The notes below the pieces were generated by a model. That model had not been told where the DNA came from. It saw nothing but the letters and a program-made list of their open reading frames with translations, and did no database searches. From an uncultured Cellvibrionaceae bacterium (lineage in GTDB: Bacteria; Pseudomonadota; Gammaproteobacteria; Pseudomonadales; Cellvibrionaceae): a DNA stretch of 61,234 nucleotides. The number at the start of each line of letters is the position of its first letter. The stretch's first letter is position 1. The position numbers and the translations under genes were made by a program. The stretch is from positions 1 through 61,234 of the forward strand of contig CAZXLJ010000003.1 of assembly GCA_964641175.1 (NCBI GenBank), written 5' to 3'. Shown one piece after another: positions 1 through 9,757 of this stretch.

Positions 1-47
1 GCCTGTCACGCCGGAGGTCGCGGGTTCGAGCCCCGTCCGGTCCGCCA
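1..47 (+). tRNA. tRNA-Asp (anticodon GTC), 3' portion only (5' part lies outside the window)
   Basis: GCCTGTCACGC anticodon stem-loop carries GTC. T-arm is GCGGGTTCGAGCCCCGT, followed by acceptor strand and CCA ending at 47. Nearly identical to the 3' half of E. coli tRNA-Asp as I recall it. Confidence 0.9.
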
Positions 48-62
48 ATATTTGCGTTGTAG

Positions 63-88
63 CGTGGGTTCCCCGACCACGTGTTTTT
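63..88 (+). terminator. Weak intrinsic-terminator-like hairpin after tRNA-Asp
   Basis: CGTGG (63-67) pairs with CCACG (77-81) across a 9-nt loop, followed by TGTTTTT. The stem is only 5 bp. Confidence 0.3.
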
Positions 89-382
89 ACCACCCGTCGT
101 GTTGCCACCAAACTATCTCGTATCCGTCCGAAACTTTATTCGAATCGACAGCCGTCCTTGCGATGTGCTTCACACTTCTGATGGGCCAATACTTTTATTC
201 CCCATATCCTACTACAGTTTTAGCGATGACACGTCCGTCAGCTTTCCGACGCTTTGCTTGTCATATGAGATTCACATGACCGGTGTTAAATCAAGGTGCC
301 TCCCGCGATTGATGCGGTCTTGGGTGTTCACTGGTTTTAAAAAGGCGGGATCGCCATTTGAGAATTTGGCAGGGGATAGGAT

Positions 383-478
383 ATGCAAGATTACATAGAA
401 GAATTATTGGAAGCGTTCGAACAGTTCGATGATGGGCAGGAGAGCGAGGAGTTTTTGGATGAATGCAGAGAATGTTAA
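383..478 (+). CDS. Possible small acidic protein (31 aa, MQDYIEELLEAFEQFDDGQESEEFLDECREC)
   Basis: ATG preceded by GGGGA (372-376) with a 6-nt spacer; TAA at 476-478. Below the ORF-track size cutoff. No family recognised. Confidence 0.2.
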   Translation: MQDYIEELLEAFEQFDDGQESEEFLDECREC

Positions 479-667
479 CTTGATCACGCGTTTCGCACGC
501 TGATCGTTATAAACGAAATGATCCCTTCAATACTTGGGATTGGGACATAGCCTGCTGGGGAAGAGGGTTCGTCTTAAATTTTGTCAGTTCGTAGAGCGAG
601 GAGATGGTATGTGAAGTCCTCTCATCGACCGACGCGTCAATTTTCTCCATAACCACGAATACTGCAC

Positions 668-1678
668 ATGTCTGGATCATTGCTGCCTTCCGATTGGTCA
701 AAGTTATCTCTGGAAAGAGTAGCGGCGCTTTGTCCAGTTCAACTTCTAAAGCATCCTGCTTTCGAAAGAGCAGACATCGAAGTGGTCATCAAGCGAGAAG
801 ATCTGCTGCATCCTGCGTTCGGTGGTAATAAATTTTACAAACTTTTCCACTGCCTGCATCGGGCTCGGACATGCGGTTTTAAAGGCGTGATCAGCTTCGG
901 CGGCGCATATTCAAATCATCTGTATGCATTGGCATTCGCTGGCAAAGAGCTTGGCTTGAAAACCGTAGGCATTATTCGAGGTGAGCGGCCCCCGACGCTT
1001 AGTGCTACCTTGCAAGACATCAAGGAAGCGGGAATGGAGTTGCATTTCATCCCGAGAAAGGATTATCGAAGCAAGATGTTCAACATGCTATCCGGTGCCA
1101 ATTTCTTGAAATCCGGATATTATACCATCCCCGAAGGTGGTGATAGCGATCTCGGATCGAGAGGCTGTCAGATTTGGGCCGACGTTGCTGTGACCATGTG
1201 CCCATGGAAACCGACTCATATCTGTCTGGCGGGTGGGACTGGTGGAACACTGGCGGGAGTGGTTGCCGCTTCAGTTGGAATAGAAGTCCACGGATTCCTG
1301 GCGTTGAAAGGCGCGAATGACGAGAAGATCACGTGGCGTCGGACTGTCTTGGATCGAGCTGAGGCGATCAGCGGGAACGGCGCGGCGGTTGCGGAAATCT
1401 TGCATATTCAGGATCAGTATCATTTTGGCGGATACGGAAAGTATCCGGCAGAGCTCGCTGAATTTATGGCAAGCTTTGAACGCACCACCGGAATTCCCCT
1501 AGACCCGATATATACCGCCAAAATGCTATGGGGTGTGGTCTGCATGGCGAAAACCGGACAATGGCCCTCCGGTTCGCGATTGTTGTTGTTACACACAGGG
1601 GGGTTGCAGGGCAGGCGAGGCTTTAATATCGATTGGAATGATTCGGGGTGGTCTAGACTATTGGGAGCAAGCACCTAG
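668..1678 (+). CDS. PLP-dependent 1-aminocyclopropane-1-carboxylate deaminase / D-cysteine desulfhydrase family protein
   Basis: 336-aa ORF. N-terminal GGNKFYKL (Lys-PLP region), GGAYSNH and LAGGTGGT glycine loop are typical of the ACCD/DcyD fold-type II family. Confidence 0.85.
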   Translation: MSGSLLPSDWSKLSLERVAALCPVQLLKHPAFERADIEVVIKREDLLHPAFGGNKFYKLFHCLHRARTCGFKGVISFGGAYSNHLYALAFAGKELGLKTVGIIRGERPPTLSATLQDIKEAGMELHFIPRKDYRSKMFNMLSGANFLKSGYYTIPEGGDSDLGSRGCQIWADVAVTMCPWKPTHICLAGGTGGTLAGVVAASVGIEVHGFLALKGANDEKITWRRTVLDRAEAISGNGAAVAEILHIQDQYHFGGYGKYPAELAEFMASFERTTGIPLDPIYTAKMLWGVVCMAKTGQWPSGSRLLLLHTGGLQGRRGFNIDWNDSGWSRLLGAST

Positions 1679-1706
1679 AGTTTTAAAGCCCAGATCAGGT
1701 ACAACT

Positions 1707-2831
1707 ATGAGCAGTAAAGTGGATGTTAACGAGGTGGATGACGCGGCGTTGATCAGGATCGCGTCTCGATTCATACCGCTACGTTCCTTGAAGCAGGACT
1801 ATCTTGCTCATTTGCTGGAGACAGCAGAAATTATTGATGTGCCTAAGGAAAGAGAAATTTTTGATAGGGGCGATGATGCGAGTCGTCGTATCTATCTGCT
1901 CAATGGAAGCGTGCGGCTGGAATTCGCATCGGGTTACCAGGAAGTTGTACGTTCAACGAATCAGTTTTTTCCTTTAGTCGACGAGATTCCCAAACCCTGT
2001 CGAGCAATCGCTCACACAGACAGCCAGATTTTGTCACTTGATATTGATTTACTTGACACCGTCCTCAGCTGGAGTCAGATCACTGAATTCATGGCCGGCG
2101 AAGAGGAAGTCCGGTGGGCTAGTGATGAAGAACTGCATTGGTTGAAGACGATTCTAAACTCCAATCTTTTTTTTAAAGTCCCACCCATGAACGCCAGATC
2201 GATCATCGATAAAATGACACCAGTAAAGGTAAGTGCCGGGGAAGTCATTATCCGGGAAGGAGAAGGGGCACATTGCTGTTTTTTCATTAAACAGGGCGTT
2301 GCCCGGGTGTGGCGGCGACGAAAAAGTGATGGCTCTCCGGAGCACGTTGCCGACATAGGGGTAGGCCGTTGCTTCGGCGAGGACGCGCTTGTATATGACA
2401 CCGTGCGCAATGCGTCAGTGGAAATGGTGACTGCAGGGCTCATCATGCGGCTTGATAGAGTGGATTTTAATCTGCTGCTGCAGGAGCCGACCGTTCATGA
2501 AGTGGACGAACAGGACCTGATACGCGTGGGTCAAACGCCAGTTTTTATAGATGTCCGCACCCCGGAAGAGTACCGAACGGGGCATTTGATGCTGTCGACC
2601 AATATGCCTCTTGCGTCGATGAACACCAAACGAAATCTTCTGGAACCGGAAGTTCCCTATGTAATGTATTGTGACACAGGTCGCCGAAGCCGCGCGGCTG
2701 CATTTTTGCTGAGCGGGCTGGGTTATCGCGTCATGGCCCTCAAAGGGGGTCTGGCAGGCAGCGGCATGCAGCATCAGCTTGTAACGGACATGAGTTACGT
2801 ACTCCGTGGCGGACAGCCAGCCAGAATCTGA
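1707..2831 (+). CDS. Cyclic-nucleotide-binding domain protein with C-terminal rhodanese domain
   Basis: ORF 1533..2831; I place the start at ATG 1707 (MSSKVDV), just after the upstream stop. It has a degenerate first cNMP-like domain and a canonical second one (GEGAHCCFFIKQG...FGEDAL...RNASV). Rhodanese part: FIDVRTPEEYRTGHL ... active-site loop CDTGRRS. Confidence 0.8.
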   Translation: MSSKVDVNEVDDAALIRIASRFIPLRSLKQDYLAHLLETAEIIDVPKEREIFDRGDDASRRIYLLNGSVRLEFASGYQEVVRSTNQFFPLVDEIPKPCRAIAHTDSQILSLDIDLLDTVLSWSQITEFMAGEEEVRWASDEELHWLKTILNSNLFFKVPPMNARSIIDKMTPVKVSAGEVIIREGEGAHCCFFIKQGVARVWRRRKSDGSPEHVADIGVGRCFGEDALVYDTVRNASVEMVTAGLIMRLDRVDFNLLLQEPTVHEVDEQDLIRVGQTPVFIDVRTPEEYRTGHLMLSTNMPLASMNTKRNLLEPEVPYVMYCDTGRRSRAAAFLLSGLGYRVMALKGGLAGSGMQHQLVTDMSYVLRGGQPARI

Positions 2832-2837
2832 TCAACC

Positions 2838-3725
2838 TCAATTGCATGGCCAGTTATCTCCCACAATTATCGTGCGGTTGGTACGGCCTGCATCCGGAAC
2901 AGATTCCAGCATTAGGGCGTGGTCACTTGTTTTCTGGCGGAGTCTGACAAGATCCGTCAGCTTGTCGCCGTTGATGGCGTGCATTTCAATTTCATCGCTT
3001 GAAAGCCCGCCCAACCAACGCGCGCGAGGCAGGATGATCCAGCTGTGATTGCTTGAATCGACCCATTCCGGGACCATCCCGGCACGTATCCATATGTCCG
3101 GCGTATCTGCACGTGCTCCTGAAGGTGGCCGCAAACATTTTTTCCACGGCTGAAAAAGGCGACCTTTCACCCAGTAAAACTGCCGCACTGAACGGTCGCG
3201 CGCAACAGCAAGATGGTTGCTTAACGGAAGTTGATGCTGACGCATGTGATTGATTTTCCGAGACCAACTGTCTGCCGGATTAGTTCCGGTCCACCATGTC
3301 CCTGATTCATCTTCGTGACCGAGGTAGAATTTTACAGCCACTTCCAGGTGGCACAGCTGATCCTCCTGTTCGATTAAAAAGTCCAGCTCCCCGAAAGGTA
3401 CCTGTCTGTCTATAGAACCCATCTTCAGGCGGCGCGATACACGACGGGTATTCGATGTGGGGCAGGTTTGAAGATAAAAGCCTATCAGATCTTCAAAATA
3501 GAGACCGAGCCGAAAGCGGTTTTCCCGGCTGGCCAGATAGTTCTGCAGCGGCTGCGGATCCCGCGCGATCGTATTTAACCATTCCAGATCCAGAACAGGC
3601 TTGTATCGGTAGAAAGGAGGACAGGATGTCAACAGGTCATTGCCTGGCATGAGTGTCCAGCAAAGATCACGCACCTGATCAGCTGCAATTGATTTGCAGA
3701 ATGATTCTATCGATATGCTGTTCAC
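2838..3725 (-). CDS. DUF1853 family protein (PD-(D/E)XK-like fold)
   Basis: 295-aa ORF. The RLGLYFEDL ... GELDFLIEQ ... HLEVAVKFYLG pattern matches my recollection of DUF1853. Confidence 0.65.
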   Translation of the reverse strand: MNSISIESFCKSIAADQVRDLCWTLMPGNDLLTSCPPFYRYKPVLDLEWLNTIARDPQPLQNYLASRENRFRLGLYFEDLIGFYLQTCPTSNTRRVSRRLKMGSIDRQVPFGELDFLIEQEDQLCHLEVAVKFYLGHEDESGTWWTGTNPADSWSRKINHMRQHQLPLSNHLAVARDRSVRQFYWVKGRLFQPWKKCLRPPSGARADTPDIWIRAGMVPEWVDSSNHSWIILPRARWLGGLSSDEIEMHAINGDKLTDLVRLRQKTSDHALMLESVPDAGRTNRTIIVGDNWPCN

Positions 3726-3970
3726 GGCTGCTTCAGAAGCGCGGCGAAGGCGAGTGTGGTTTGCTGCCGGTGTTGATTGGGCTGGTTGTTAGCCACGAGT
3801 AGGTACCCCATTAGATGAAGGCAAAGCGTCTTGGATGATTATCATCTCCAGAAGCCTTCGGGTAAACTGCCGAAACTGATTGCAGCGGTTACGCCTGGCG
3901 ACCGACTGGCAGCAACGTCCCCGAGCCCGCCTGTTGAGTTCGGCTTCGACCCAGAACCGGATGGATTTTC

Positions 3971-4861
3971 ATGAGCCACTTTTCCCGAATTGGACTAATA
4001 GGCCGGCCCGGCAGTGAAGCGGCCTACTACTCTCTGCAGCGACTGATATTCTTTCTGCAAAAGCGCGGCGTCGAGATGTTCATGGACGACGAAACCGCAG
4101 CAACAGCGCCGGTCACCAAAGTGCCGCAGTTACCGCGAGAACAACTTGCTCAACAGTGTGACCTGATCATTGTGGTCGGTGGAGATGGCAGCCTGCTCAG
4201 TACTGCGCGTTGCATGTGCTACACGGGAGTCCCCATTCTCGGAATCAACCGAGGCCGTCTGGGCTTTCTGACCGACGTGCTACCGGGTGAAATAGAGGTA
4301 AAGGTCGGCCAGGTTCTGGATGGCGATTACACATCGGAGCATCGTTTTCTGCTCGACTGTACCGTACTGCGTGATGGTCACGTAATTGGTGAAGGTACTG
4401 CTCTCAACGACGTGGTTCTGCACCCGGGCCAGTTCATCCGAATGATCGATTTTGAGCTGTATATCGATAATGAATTTGTATACCGGCAGCGATCGGACGG
4501 GCTGATCATATCGACGCCGACCGGATCCACCGCCTATGCTTTGAGCGTGGGCGGTCCCATTATGCATCCACAGCTCGATGCCGTTGTTGTAGTGCCACTG
4601 AACCCTCACAATCTGAGCAGCCGCCCCATTGTGGTTCAAGGAAATTCTGAAATTAGGGTCATAGTGGGGGACCAGCGTGACATTTCACCTCACGTAACCT
4701 GCGATGGGCAGAACCATGTGGTCACCACCGTAGGGGACAGCATCTGCGTCCGCAAAAAGCCTGAAAAACTGCTGCTTGTTCACCCCAAAGGTCACGATTT
4801 TTATGAGGTTTGCCGAACCAAGTTGGGTTGGGCATCCCACAATGGTGGCTACGTTTTGTAG
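3971..4861 (+). CDS. nadK: NAD(+) kinase
   Basis: 296 aa. GGDGSLL, NRGRLGFLTD and STPTGSTAYALSVGGPI motifs are diagnostic of NadK/PpnK. Confidence 0.95.
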   Translation: MSHFSRIGLIGRPGSEAAYYSLQRLIFFLQKRGVEMFMDDETAATAPVTKVPQLPREQLAQQCDLIIVVGGDGSLLSTARCMCYTGVPILGINRGRLGFLTDVLPGEIEVKVGQVLDGDYTSEHRFLLDCTVLRDGHVIGEGTALNDVVLHPGQFIRMIDFELYIDNEFVYRQRSDGLIISTPTGSTAYALSVGGPIMHPQLDAVVVVPLNPHNLSSRPIVVQGNSEIRVIVGDQRDISPHVTCDGQNHVVTTVGDSICVRKKPEKLLLVHPKGHDFYEVCRTKLGWASHNGGYVL

Positions 4862-4873
4862 AGGAGACTGTGA

Positions 4874-5866
4874 ATGCCCAGAGGGTGGGTGGGCCTACCG
4901 GAAAATACCTTTGCCGGCTTTGACATCATTGGGGACATACACGGGTGCGCCAATGCGTTGGTCAAATTGCTGACTTTGATGGGCTACCGTAACCAGGATG
5001 GGGTCTTCCGGCATCCCGACAGACTGGCCGTGTTCCTGGGAGATGTGCTGGACAGAGGGCCACACATCAGGGAAGCCTTGGGAATAGTAAAAAATATGGT
5101 GGATCAAGGTGCCGCACTGTGCGTTATGGGAAATCATGAGTACAACGCGCTTGGTTATACCACGCCTTTGGAATGCAACCACAACGGCAGCGTCGAATAT
5201 GTCCGGCCTCACACCGCTCGCCATAACCGGTTGATTGCGGAGACCCTGGAGCAGTTCGCCGGCTACCCCGAAGAATGGCGGGCGTATCTGAAGTGGTTCG
5301 AAACCCTGCCGCTGTTTCTGGAGCTTCCAGGATTTCGGGTGGTGCATGCCTGCTGGGATCAGGGATTGATCGATCAGTTCAAAAGCTTATATAACGGTAA
5401 TTGTGTGGATGCCGAATTTATCAAGGCATCCGCGGATAAACACAGTTTCGCCGGCCGGTTTATGGATCGCCTGACGCGCGGAATTGATTTGCCTCTTCCG
5501 GACGGGATGACAATGGTAAGCCGGGACGGGTATATCCGGAATTCATTCCGGACAAAATTTTGGGCCGCCCGGCCGATCAGTTACCGGGATGTGGTATTTC
5601 AGCCTGATCCCTTACCACCCAGCATTGCCGACCGGCTGTTGACTGCGGATGAGCAGGCGACACTGATCCGCTATGATGACCGCGAGCCCCCGGTATTTGT
5701 CGGGCATTACTGGTTGCAGGGCAGGCCGCGACCCATTCGGGACAACGTTATATGCCTGGATTACAGTGCGGTGAAGTATGGACGTCTGGTGGCATACCGG
5801 TACGATGGTGAGAGCCAGGTGAGTGAAGACAAATTCGTATGGGTTTATGTTGATCCCGACATGTAA
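4874..5866 (+). CDS. Metallophosphoesterase (ApaH/PrpA-like Ser/Thr phosphatase family)
   Basis: GDIHG, GDVLDRGP and GNHE motifs in the canonical calcineurin-like order; 330 aa. Confidence 0.8.
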   Translation: MPRGWVGLPENTFAGFDIIGDIHGCANALVKLLTLMGYRNQDGVFRHPDRLAVFLGDVLDRGPHIREALGIVKNMVDQGAALCVMGNHEYNALGYTTPLECNHNGSVEYVRPHTARHNRLIAETLEQFAGYPEEWRAYLKWFETLPLFLELPGFRVVHACWDQGLIDQFKSLYNGNCVDAEFIKASADKHSFAGRFMDRLTRGIDLPLPDGMTMVSRDGYIRNSFRTKFWAARPISYRDVVFQPDPLPPSIADRLLTADEQATLIRYDDREPPVFVGHYWLQGRPRPIRDNVICLDYSAVKYGRLVAYRYDGESQVSEDKFVWVYVDPDM

Positions 5867-5927
5867 CGTGTACTTTTGTAGGCCGAATCAATTTGCATTA
5901 GCGCGGTCCTCAACCGCAGGTACCCGA

Positions 5928-6797
5928 GTGGAATACGTCTATATAACCAGCTTTCCATTGAAGCAGAACGTTTCTTTTCTGAGTCTTCAACTGTACGAAC
6001 GTGGCATCAGACACGAAATAATCACCGATGCAGCTGTCCAGCATCTTTATGTAGAGCCGGGTAAGGCTGAGAGGGTGGTGGGCTTTCTCCGGCGCCTGAC
6101 AGGCGAGCAGGACAAGCAGGCCCCCGACTATCGCCGCCAGGCGCAGGATCCAGGCAAGCTTAGAGTCTGGCCGTTGACGTCCGCTTTCATTTTTTTGGGA
6201 ATTGCGGGATGCATATTGTTCACTTGGGATTTGACGGTCCCATTGATTCAATATCTGTCATTTACACAGGTATATTTTTATTCAACGACCATCGAATATT
6301 CCGGATTCGTTGAAACCTATTTCAACGACTGGCAGTGGTGGAGGCTCATTACGCCAGCTTTTATCCACTTTTCCGTCTGGCACATTCTATTCAACGGCCT
6401 GGCAGTATGGGAACTTGGAAGAAGGCTGGAAATCCTGCTCGGCGCACGATCTTATTTCCTGATATTTATGCTTCTGGCCTCTGTGTCTAATATTGCCCAG
6501 TATGCAATGACTACGACGAATCTGTTCGGAGGGCTGTCGGGAGTGTTGTTTGGATATCTCGGCCTGATCGCTACATTATATCGGCGAGGGCGCTATCCAT
6601 TGCTCCGTTTGCCGACGGGTATTTATGTGCTGGCAGGCGTTTCACTTTTCGCCGGAATATTTAATTTGTTCGATCTGGCGTTCAATGTGAGTATTGCAAA
6701 CGGCGCGCATCTGGGCGGGCTGATCGCAGGAATTTTTATTGGCGTATTCTGGCCGAATTCCCTCATTAAACAACCATTGAAAAGACTGCAACAATGA
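5928..6797 (+). CDS. Rhomboid family intramembrane serine protease (GlpG-like)
   Basis: ORF 5823..6797. WWRLITPAFIHFSVWHILFNG, catalytic GGLSGVLFG and GAHLGGLIAG motifs. The ORF-track start overlaps the upstream gene; I prefer in-frame GTG 5928 (VEYVYITSF..., GlpG-like N-terminal domain). Start is uncertain. Confidence 0.85.
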   Translation: MEYVYITSFPLKQNVSFLSLQLYERGIRHEIITDAAVQHLYVEPGKAERVVGFLRRLTGEQDKQAPDYRRQAQDPGKLRVWPLTSAFIFLGIAGCILFTWDLTVPLIQYLSFTQVYFYSTTIEYSGFVETYFNDWQWWRLITPAFIHFSVWHILFNGLAVWELGRRLEILLGARSYFLIFMLLASVSNIAQYAMTTTNLFGGLSGVLFGYLGLIATLYRRGRYPLLRLPTGIYVLAGVSLFAGIFNLFDLAFNVSIANGAHLGGLIAGIFIGVFWPNSLIKQPLKRLQQ

Positions 6798-7054
6798 ATT
6801 CTTCCAATAATGCCCCCCCGACGGTTACGCCGTACGTTTATGACCAGTTCCGCAAGGCAGTTGAGCTGGGGAAATGGCCAAATGGTGCGCGCCTTACAAA
6901 GCAGCAGTTAGAGACGTGCATGCAAGCCATAATCCGTTTCGAAGTCGAGCACGTTAGCCCGGAGGATCGCACGGGCTATGTCGAACCGAAGAATAGCGCT
7001 TGCAACACGGACCTGAATTCGGTTGGGGAACAGCAACTGCGCTGGCTCGAATAG
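6794..7054 (+). CDS. DUF1315 (YeaC-like) family protein
   Basis: 86-aa ORF overlapping the rhomboid stop (ATGA). FRKAVELGKWPNGARLTKQQ...CMQAI resembles YeaC/DUF1315. Confidence 0.65.
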   Translation: MNSSNNAPPTVTPYVYDQFRKAVELGKWPNGARLTKQQLETCMQAIIRFEVEHVSPEDRTGYVEPKNSACNTDLNSVGEQQLRWLE

Positions 7055-7097
7055 TATTTTCAGCCGTATTAAATCGATATCAAGACCGGGAACATTC

Positions 7098-9755
7098 ATG
7101 AAAGATGCTGCAGCACAAACCGTATTTCTAAAGGATTATCGGGCTCCGATATTCACCATTACCGAAACGGCCCTTCACTTTGATCTTTTTGAAGAAGAGA
7201 CACTCGTCACCGCCAATCTGCGGCTTGAACGTCGCCATGCGTCGGACGAGCCCCTGGTGCTTGATGGGCAAGAGCTGGAGTTGCTTGGTCTTGACATCAA
7301 CGGGGAGGCAGTGCCGTCATCGCAATATTCGGTAGATGATAACTCTCTCCGGATCAGCGATGTGCCTGACCGCTTCTTATTGACGTGCCGGACGCGGATT
7401 AGACCACATCTGAATACGTCTCTTGAAGGCTTATATCGCTCACGCAGTATGTATTGCACGCAGTGCGAAGCGGAAGGGTTTCGCAAGATAACCTACTATC
7501 TGGATCGCCCGGACGTGTTAAGCGTTTTTACTACTTCCATAAAGGCTGATGCCACGAAATATCCCGTGCTTTTGTCCAATGGCAATCTCGTTGAAGAAGG
7601 CTCTGATGTAGATGGCAATCACTGGGTGAAGTGGCACGATCCGTTTCCCAAGCCTTCCTATCTTTTCGCGCTTGTCGCGGGAAAGCTTGCATTCACTGAA
7701 GATACGTTCACCACTGCTTCGGGAAAAACCGTCACGCTTCGTATCTATGTCGAAAGTAAGGATCTGGATAAGTGCGAACATGCGATGCTCTCATTGAAGC
7801 GATCGATGCGCTGGGACGAAGAGGTTTACGGACGTGAGTACGACCTGGACATATTCATGATTGTGGCAGTAGATGATTTCAATATGGGAGCCATGGAAAA
7901 CAAAGGTTTGAACATATTCAACACTTCTTGTGTCCTGGCAAATCCCCAGACTACCACTGACGCGGGGTTTCAGCGGGTGGAGGGTGTTGTTGCACATGAA
8001 TACTTCCACAACTGGTCCGGGAACCGGGTCACTTGCAGAGACTGGTTTCAGCTAAGTCTCAAGGAAGGCTTTACTGTTTTCCGGGATGCCGAATTCTCGG
8101 CCGACATGGGTTCACGTACCGTGAAGCGGGTAGAAGATGTTCAGCTGCTACAGACATTGCAATTCGCGGAAGATGCCGGTCCCACGGCGCATCCGGTGCA
8201 GCCTCAGTCCTTTATGGAGATCTCGAATTTTTACACCCTGACGATCTACGAGAAGGGCGCGGAGATTGTCAGAATGATTCACACATTGCTGGGGCCGGAA
8301 CTGTTTCGCAAGGGCACCGATCTTTATTTTCAGAACAATGATGGTAAAGCGGTGACTATTGAAGATTTTGTGAACGCCATGGCTGAAGTTTCGGGGAGGG
8401 ATTTCTCCCAGTTCATGCTGTGGTATCGACAGGCGGGAACACCGGAACTCGATGTGGAAGGGCATTACGATGCCGAAAAACAGCAGTATCTTTTAAAGGT
8501 CCGCCAGTATTGTCGCGGCACGCCGGAAGCAACTGCGGAACAGAAGAAGCCGTTTGTCATCCCGCTGGCCATGGGTCTTCTCGGACCGTCCGGTCCAATA
8601 CCCCTTGTAATGAATCCCGATCCGGGTACGTCGAGAGCCGGAACTGATCATGCGGTGCTTGAGTTAACGCAGACAGAAGAATGTTTCGTCTTCGAAAATG
8701 TTGCAGAGCAGCCAGTTCCAGCCTTGCTGCGAAACTTTTCAGCGCCTGTAAAGCTACGATTTCCCTATCGACCAGAAGAACTCAAGCGACTGCTGGCAGA
8801 CGAGACCGATGGATACTGTCGGTGGGATGCAGCGCAGAAACTTGCGCTAATCGTTATAAAGGAGATGATTGCAGAAGGGCAGAGCAAGGCGTTTGTACAT
8901 CTGCGGGAAGGATTCGCAGGAGTGCTGGACAACGAGCATATCGATCAGGCAATGGTCGCCCTGATGCTGGAGCTTCCGGCGGAGAGTTATATTGGCGATC
9001 AGTTTGAAGTGATCGATGTTACAGCGATTCACAACGCCCGACAGGCGGTTCGATTGAGACTGGTAGAAGCGTTTCCACGGGAATTTCGCCGGGTCTATGA
9101 GCGTTGCAATACCAGGCTGGAGGGGACTCAGGCGGTCGATGCTCAAAGCATGGCCCTACGCGCATTGATGAACAAAACACTTGGCTATCTGGTACAGCTG
9201 GACGATGCGTCGAACCGCGACCTGTGTGTACATCAGTTTTATCACGGAAGGAACATGACCGAAAGCTTCGGAGCGCTGGCTTGTCTGACGCATTGCGAGC
9301 TACCGTCAATCGAAGCGGAGCGCGACAAGGCTTTGGCATTTTTCTATGAAAAATGGCATCACGAGTCGCTGGTCGTCAACCAGTGGTTATCGGTCCAGGC
9401 GAGCAGCACAAAAGCGGGTACTCTGTCTAAAGTCAGGAGCTTGCTGCAAAGTCCGGCATTCGACCAGAAGAATCCTAATAAAATTCGCAGTTTGATTGGT
9501 GCTTTTAGTAACAGTAATCTCGTCAACTTCCACCAGCAGTCGGGAGACGGGTACCGATTTCTCGCAGATCAGGTCATTCAGCTCAATAGCCAGAATCCCC
9601 AGATCGCCGCGCGGCTGATCACGCCATTGTCCAAATGGCGACGTTATGATCTGATACGTCAACAGTTGATGAAGGCAGAGCTGAATCGGATCCTGAACGC
9701 TGAAAAACTTTCCACGGACGTATTCGAAATTGCCAGTAAAAGCGTTAAGGACTGA
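7098..9755 (+). CDS. pepN: Aminopeptidase N (M1 family)
   Basis: GAMEN exopeptidase motif and HEYFHNWSGNRVTCRDWFQLSLKEG zinc motif. Length about 885 aa from ATG 7098 (MKDAAAQTVFLKDY). The ORF-track start at 7023 overlaps the upstream gene. Confidence 0.95.
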   Translation: MKDAAAQTVFLKDYRAPIFTITETALHFDLFEEETLVTANLRLERRHASDEPLVLDGQELELLGLDINGEAVPSSQYSVDDNSLRISDVPDRFLLTCRTRIRPHLNTSLEGLYRSRSMYCTQCEAEGFRKITYYLDRPDVLSVFTTSIKADATKYPVLLSNGNLVEEGSDVDGNHWVKWHDPFPKPSYLFALVAGKLAFTEDTFTTASGKTVTLRIYVESKDLDKCEHAMLSLKRSMRWDEEVYGREYDLDIFMIVAVDDFNMGAMENKGLNIFNTSCVLANPQTTTDAGFQRVEGVVAHEYFHNWSGNRVTCRDWFQLSLKEGFTVFRDAEFSADMGSRTVKRVEDVQLLQTLQFAEDAGPTAHPVQPQSFMEISNFYTLTIYEKGAEIVRMIHTLLGPELFRKGTDLYFQNNDGKAVTIEDFVNAMAEVSGRDFSQFMLWYRQAGTPELDVEGHYDAEKQQYLLKVRQYCRGTPEATAEQKKPFVIPLAMGLLGPSGPIPLVMNPDPGTSRAGTDHAVLELTQTEECFVFENVAEQPVPALLRNFSAPVKLRFPYRPEELKRLLADETDGYCRWDAAQKLALIVIKEMIAEGQSKAFVHLREGFAGVLDNEHIDQAMVALMLELPAESYIGDQFEVIDVTAIHNARQAVRLRLVEAFPREFRRVYERCNTRLEGTQAVDAQSMALRALMNKTLGYLVQLDDASNRDLCVHQFYHGRNMTESFGALACLTHCELPSIEAERDKALAFFYEKWHHESLVVNQWLSVQASSTKAGTLSKVRSLLQSPAFDQKNPNKIRSLIGAFSNSNLVNFHQQSGDGYRFLADQVIQLNSQNPQIAARLITPLSKWRRYDLIRQQLMKAELNRILNAEKLSTDVFEIASKSVKD

Positions 9756-9757
9756 AC

